Assembly: GCA_010093815.1 (NCBI GenBank)
Contig: ML996577.1
Source of the DNA: Pseudovirgaria hyperparasitica
Lineage: Eukaryota
Direction: 5' to 3' (one strand)
DNA: 64,000 nucleotides
Under the pieces are notes generated by a model. It worked only from the letters and a program-made list of their open reading frames with translations, ran no database searches and was not told the DNA's origin. The position numbers and the translations under genes are program-made. How positions within the stretch are numbered: the stretch's first letter is position 1; every line of letters starts with the position of its first letter. Positions 62,191 to 64,000 of this stretch are shown piece by piece.

Positions 62191-62928
62191 CTAGAATTGT
62201 TGAAGGATATCTTCGACCTGTAATTCGGTTGGATAAGGTTCTAGGACATGGTCCATCACACATTTCCAACGAAGGCTGAGTCTGTCTCCGAATAACGATT
62301 TAGTGTACTCCCAGAATGCAGGCCGCCAGCCAGCCATCTCCCAATCGATAATTCCAGTGACATGCCCTGACGCCGGTTCAACAAGTATGTTTTCGTCGCT
62401 TAGATCCGCATGAGAGAAGGTGATTTTGTAATCGTTCGAGAGTTTTTGTCGATATAACGTCGCTAGTTCAGGCTTAGGGCATCTTAGGATTGGAGCCACG
62501 AGAAAGTCATTGAACTCCGATACTGAGCCGAAAGGACCGCATGGCATACCATTGTTCAGGCGATGATCAAGTACTTCCCCACCCATACAAGATCCGATAT
62601 AACCAGGGTTTGGTGCTTGAAGTGCACGTAGTTGTCGAATGTAATCGCGAATCTCGTTTTGAGCCGTTGTCTTTGCATCTTCGCCCATGCTGTCCCATGC
62701 CGTAGATAAAGGTTCCCCTTCGATGGCATGCATAGTAAACCAACCGCGAGATCCTTGGATGTGGCTTTCGACGACTGTAGGCACTGGAATGGCTGTATGG
62801 CGTCGGACAAAGAATATTGCGTCCACCTCTCTTTGTATGTCATGGCTCCTTCCAGATTTAATGTAAAGGTGCTTGTTCTTCCTCCGAGTGCGTGGAGGAA
62901 ACAACGTCATGCGCCTCGGCAACTCCAT
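62191..62928 (-). CDS. Aminoglycoside-phosphotransferase/choline-kinase-like (APH family) protein
   Basis: E..AIFFVRRHTAIPVPTV, M..IEGEPL...W, GPF.S..EFN, FSHADLSDENILV, GIIDWEMAGW.P.FWEY. Confidence 0.9.
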   Translation of the reverse strand: MELPRRMTLFPPRTRRKNKHLYIKSGRSHDIQREVDAIFFVRRHTAIPVPTVVESHIQGSRGWFTMHAIEGEPLSTAWDSMGEDAKTTAQNEIRDYIRQLRALQAPNPGYIGSCMGGEVLDHRLNNGMPCGPFGSVSEFNDFLVAPILRCPKPELATLYRQKLSNDYKITFSHADLSDENILVEPASGHVTGIIDWEMAGWRPAFWEYTKSLFGDRLSLRWKCVMDHVLEPYPTELQVEDILQQF

Positions 62929-63040
62929 GGATTGATGCGTACACGAAGCTATGGGAGAGGATCTCTGAGGCGTCTGGACAAACTTGTTTGAGAGGTGTGA
63001 TCTGGTGAATGCGCGACCAATAGAACTACGCCTTCCGGAT

Positions 63041-63546
63041 CCGTCGTTTTCCTAGAACCTGAGTCGCTTGGCATTTTTCAATTTCACGCGTGTGTTCTAA
63101 CACCCTAATTAGATAGTTATTTTACCTCTTTACCTCTATATAAGGGTCTATATATAATAATATCTATAGAGACTTATCGAGTAGAGTAAGGCGATTAATC
63201 CTATATACTTTTTAAGCTCTATACTCTCTAATTTACTCTATAATAAGAGGGTCTAGTTTCTTAGAGAAGAGGACGAAGGTAGTTTTTCTAGAACCTAATA
63301 CGGTTTTCATACGGCCCTCTTCTAAGAACTTTTTAAGATCCTTCTTTATCTCTTTAAAAGAACTTTATAAGAATAAAATAAACTTATAGAGGAATAGAGG
63401 TATATCTAATTAATTATTATATCTACTTTTTAAAGCTCTTAAATACTTAGAATAGCTATAAAAGTAGAAAGAGCTCTAGGTATAAAGATTAGGGAGAGAA
63501 CACGCGCGTGCTAGTGCTAGTGACTTAGGTTCTAGGAAAACGACGG
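63041..63546. mobile_element. 506-bp non-autonomous DNA transposon (MITE-like) with RIP-like interior
   Basis: TIRs CCGTCGTTTTCCTAGAACCT are identical over 20 bp and match 26/28 at 63041-63068 vs 63519-63546. AT flanks both ends. The interior is AT-rich, TpA-rich and almost free of CpA/TpG. Confidence 0.88.
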
Positions 63547-64000
63547 ATAAAATGTTCGTCCGTTATACGTAAAATCGAGAGCAAGAATGGAATGCAGAGA
63601 ATTCGCTTTGAACACAACATAGATAATATAATAGTATATGTAGACAGTTCGCTATTTAGTCTGATCTACTAACAAAAACGATCTAGATAAATCCAGCTAT
63701 ATAGACACTTGAAGGAAATCTACATAATATTAATTCAAGTCAAAGACTTACTAGTAACTTGATCTAATAGAAAGGCTTAATCCCATGTAATGAAACCCTT
63801 TCAAAAAAATTACATTTCAGATATATATTTACTGGTCAACTACAAATACAGTCTCAATCCCCCTGGGTTGTATACAATCATATCCGCCGACCTCTAGAGG
63901 AGCTCCATAGATAACTATAAGTTGCCTCCTATAGACTCACAGGCGCTAGCCGCAGCCATTGACAAGAACTTGCGCACAATGCGAGATGCTTCCAGCGCTC

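Noticed and set aside
62929..63625. Idea that the MITE interrupts the APH coding sequence
   Set aside because: The reconstructed empty site gives an in-frame stop and no in-frame upstream ATG, so the insertion is probably in the promoter or 5' UTR.

Overview
Eukaryotic, intron-containing DNA from a filamentous ascomycete (Pezizomycotina-type short GT..CTRAC..YAG introns). About 22 protein-coding genes were reconstructed by hand across introns. The housekeeping set is a glutamate carboxypeptidase II-like protein, DNA polymerase kappa, GABA transaminase, Rce1, Tim50, an EDEM/Mnl1 mannosidase, Trm9, Cdc50, a Fun19-like SWIRM protein, a Sws1-like SWIM protein, Rpn8, Pex16 and a THEM6-like thioesterase. 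The window also has one intron-containing tRNA-Pro(CGG), two degenerate tRNA-like A-box/B-box elements, many microsatellites, a 45-N gap and a RIP-like MITE near the right end. The most unusual items are: (1) a spliced gene fusing a FAR1/MULE-type DNA-binding domain, a CENP-B/Tc5-type HTH and an HD phosphohydrolase; (2) a glutathione-synthetase-like ligase with rewritten substrate loops; (3) a possible alternative transmembrane terminal exon on a LicD/Mnn4 gene; (4) an accessory-looking right end with a protealysin-like M4 protease, a tightly convergent peptidase-like/kinase-like gene pair and the MITE; (5) candidate secreted effectors. All family assignments come from motif recognition by eye, not database searches.
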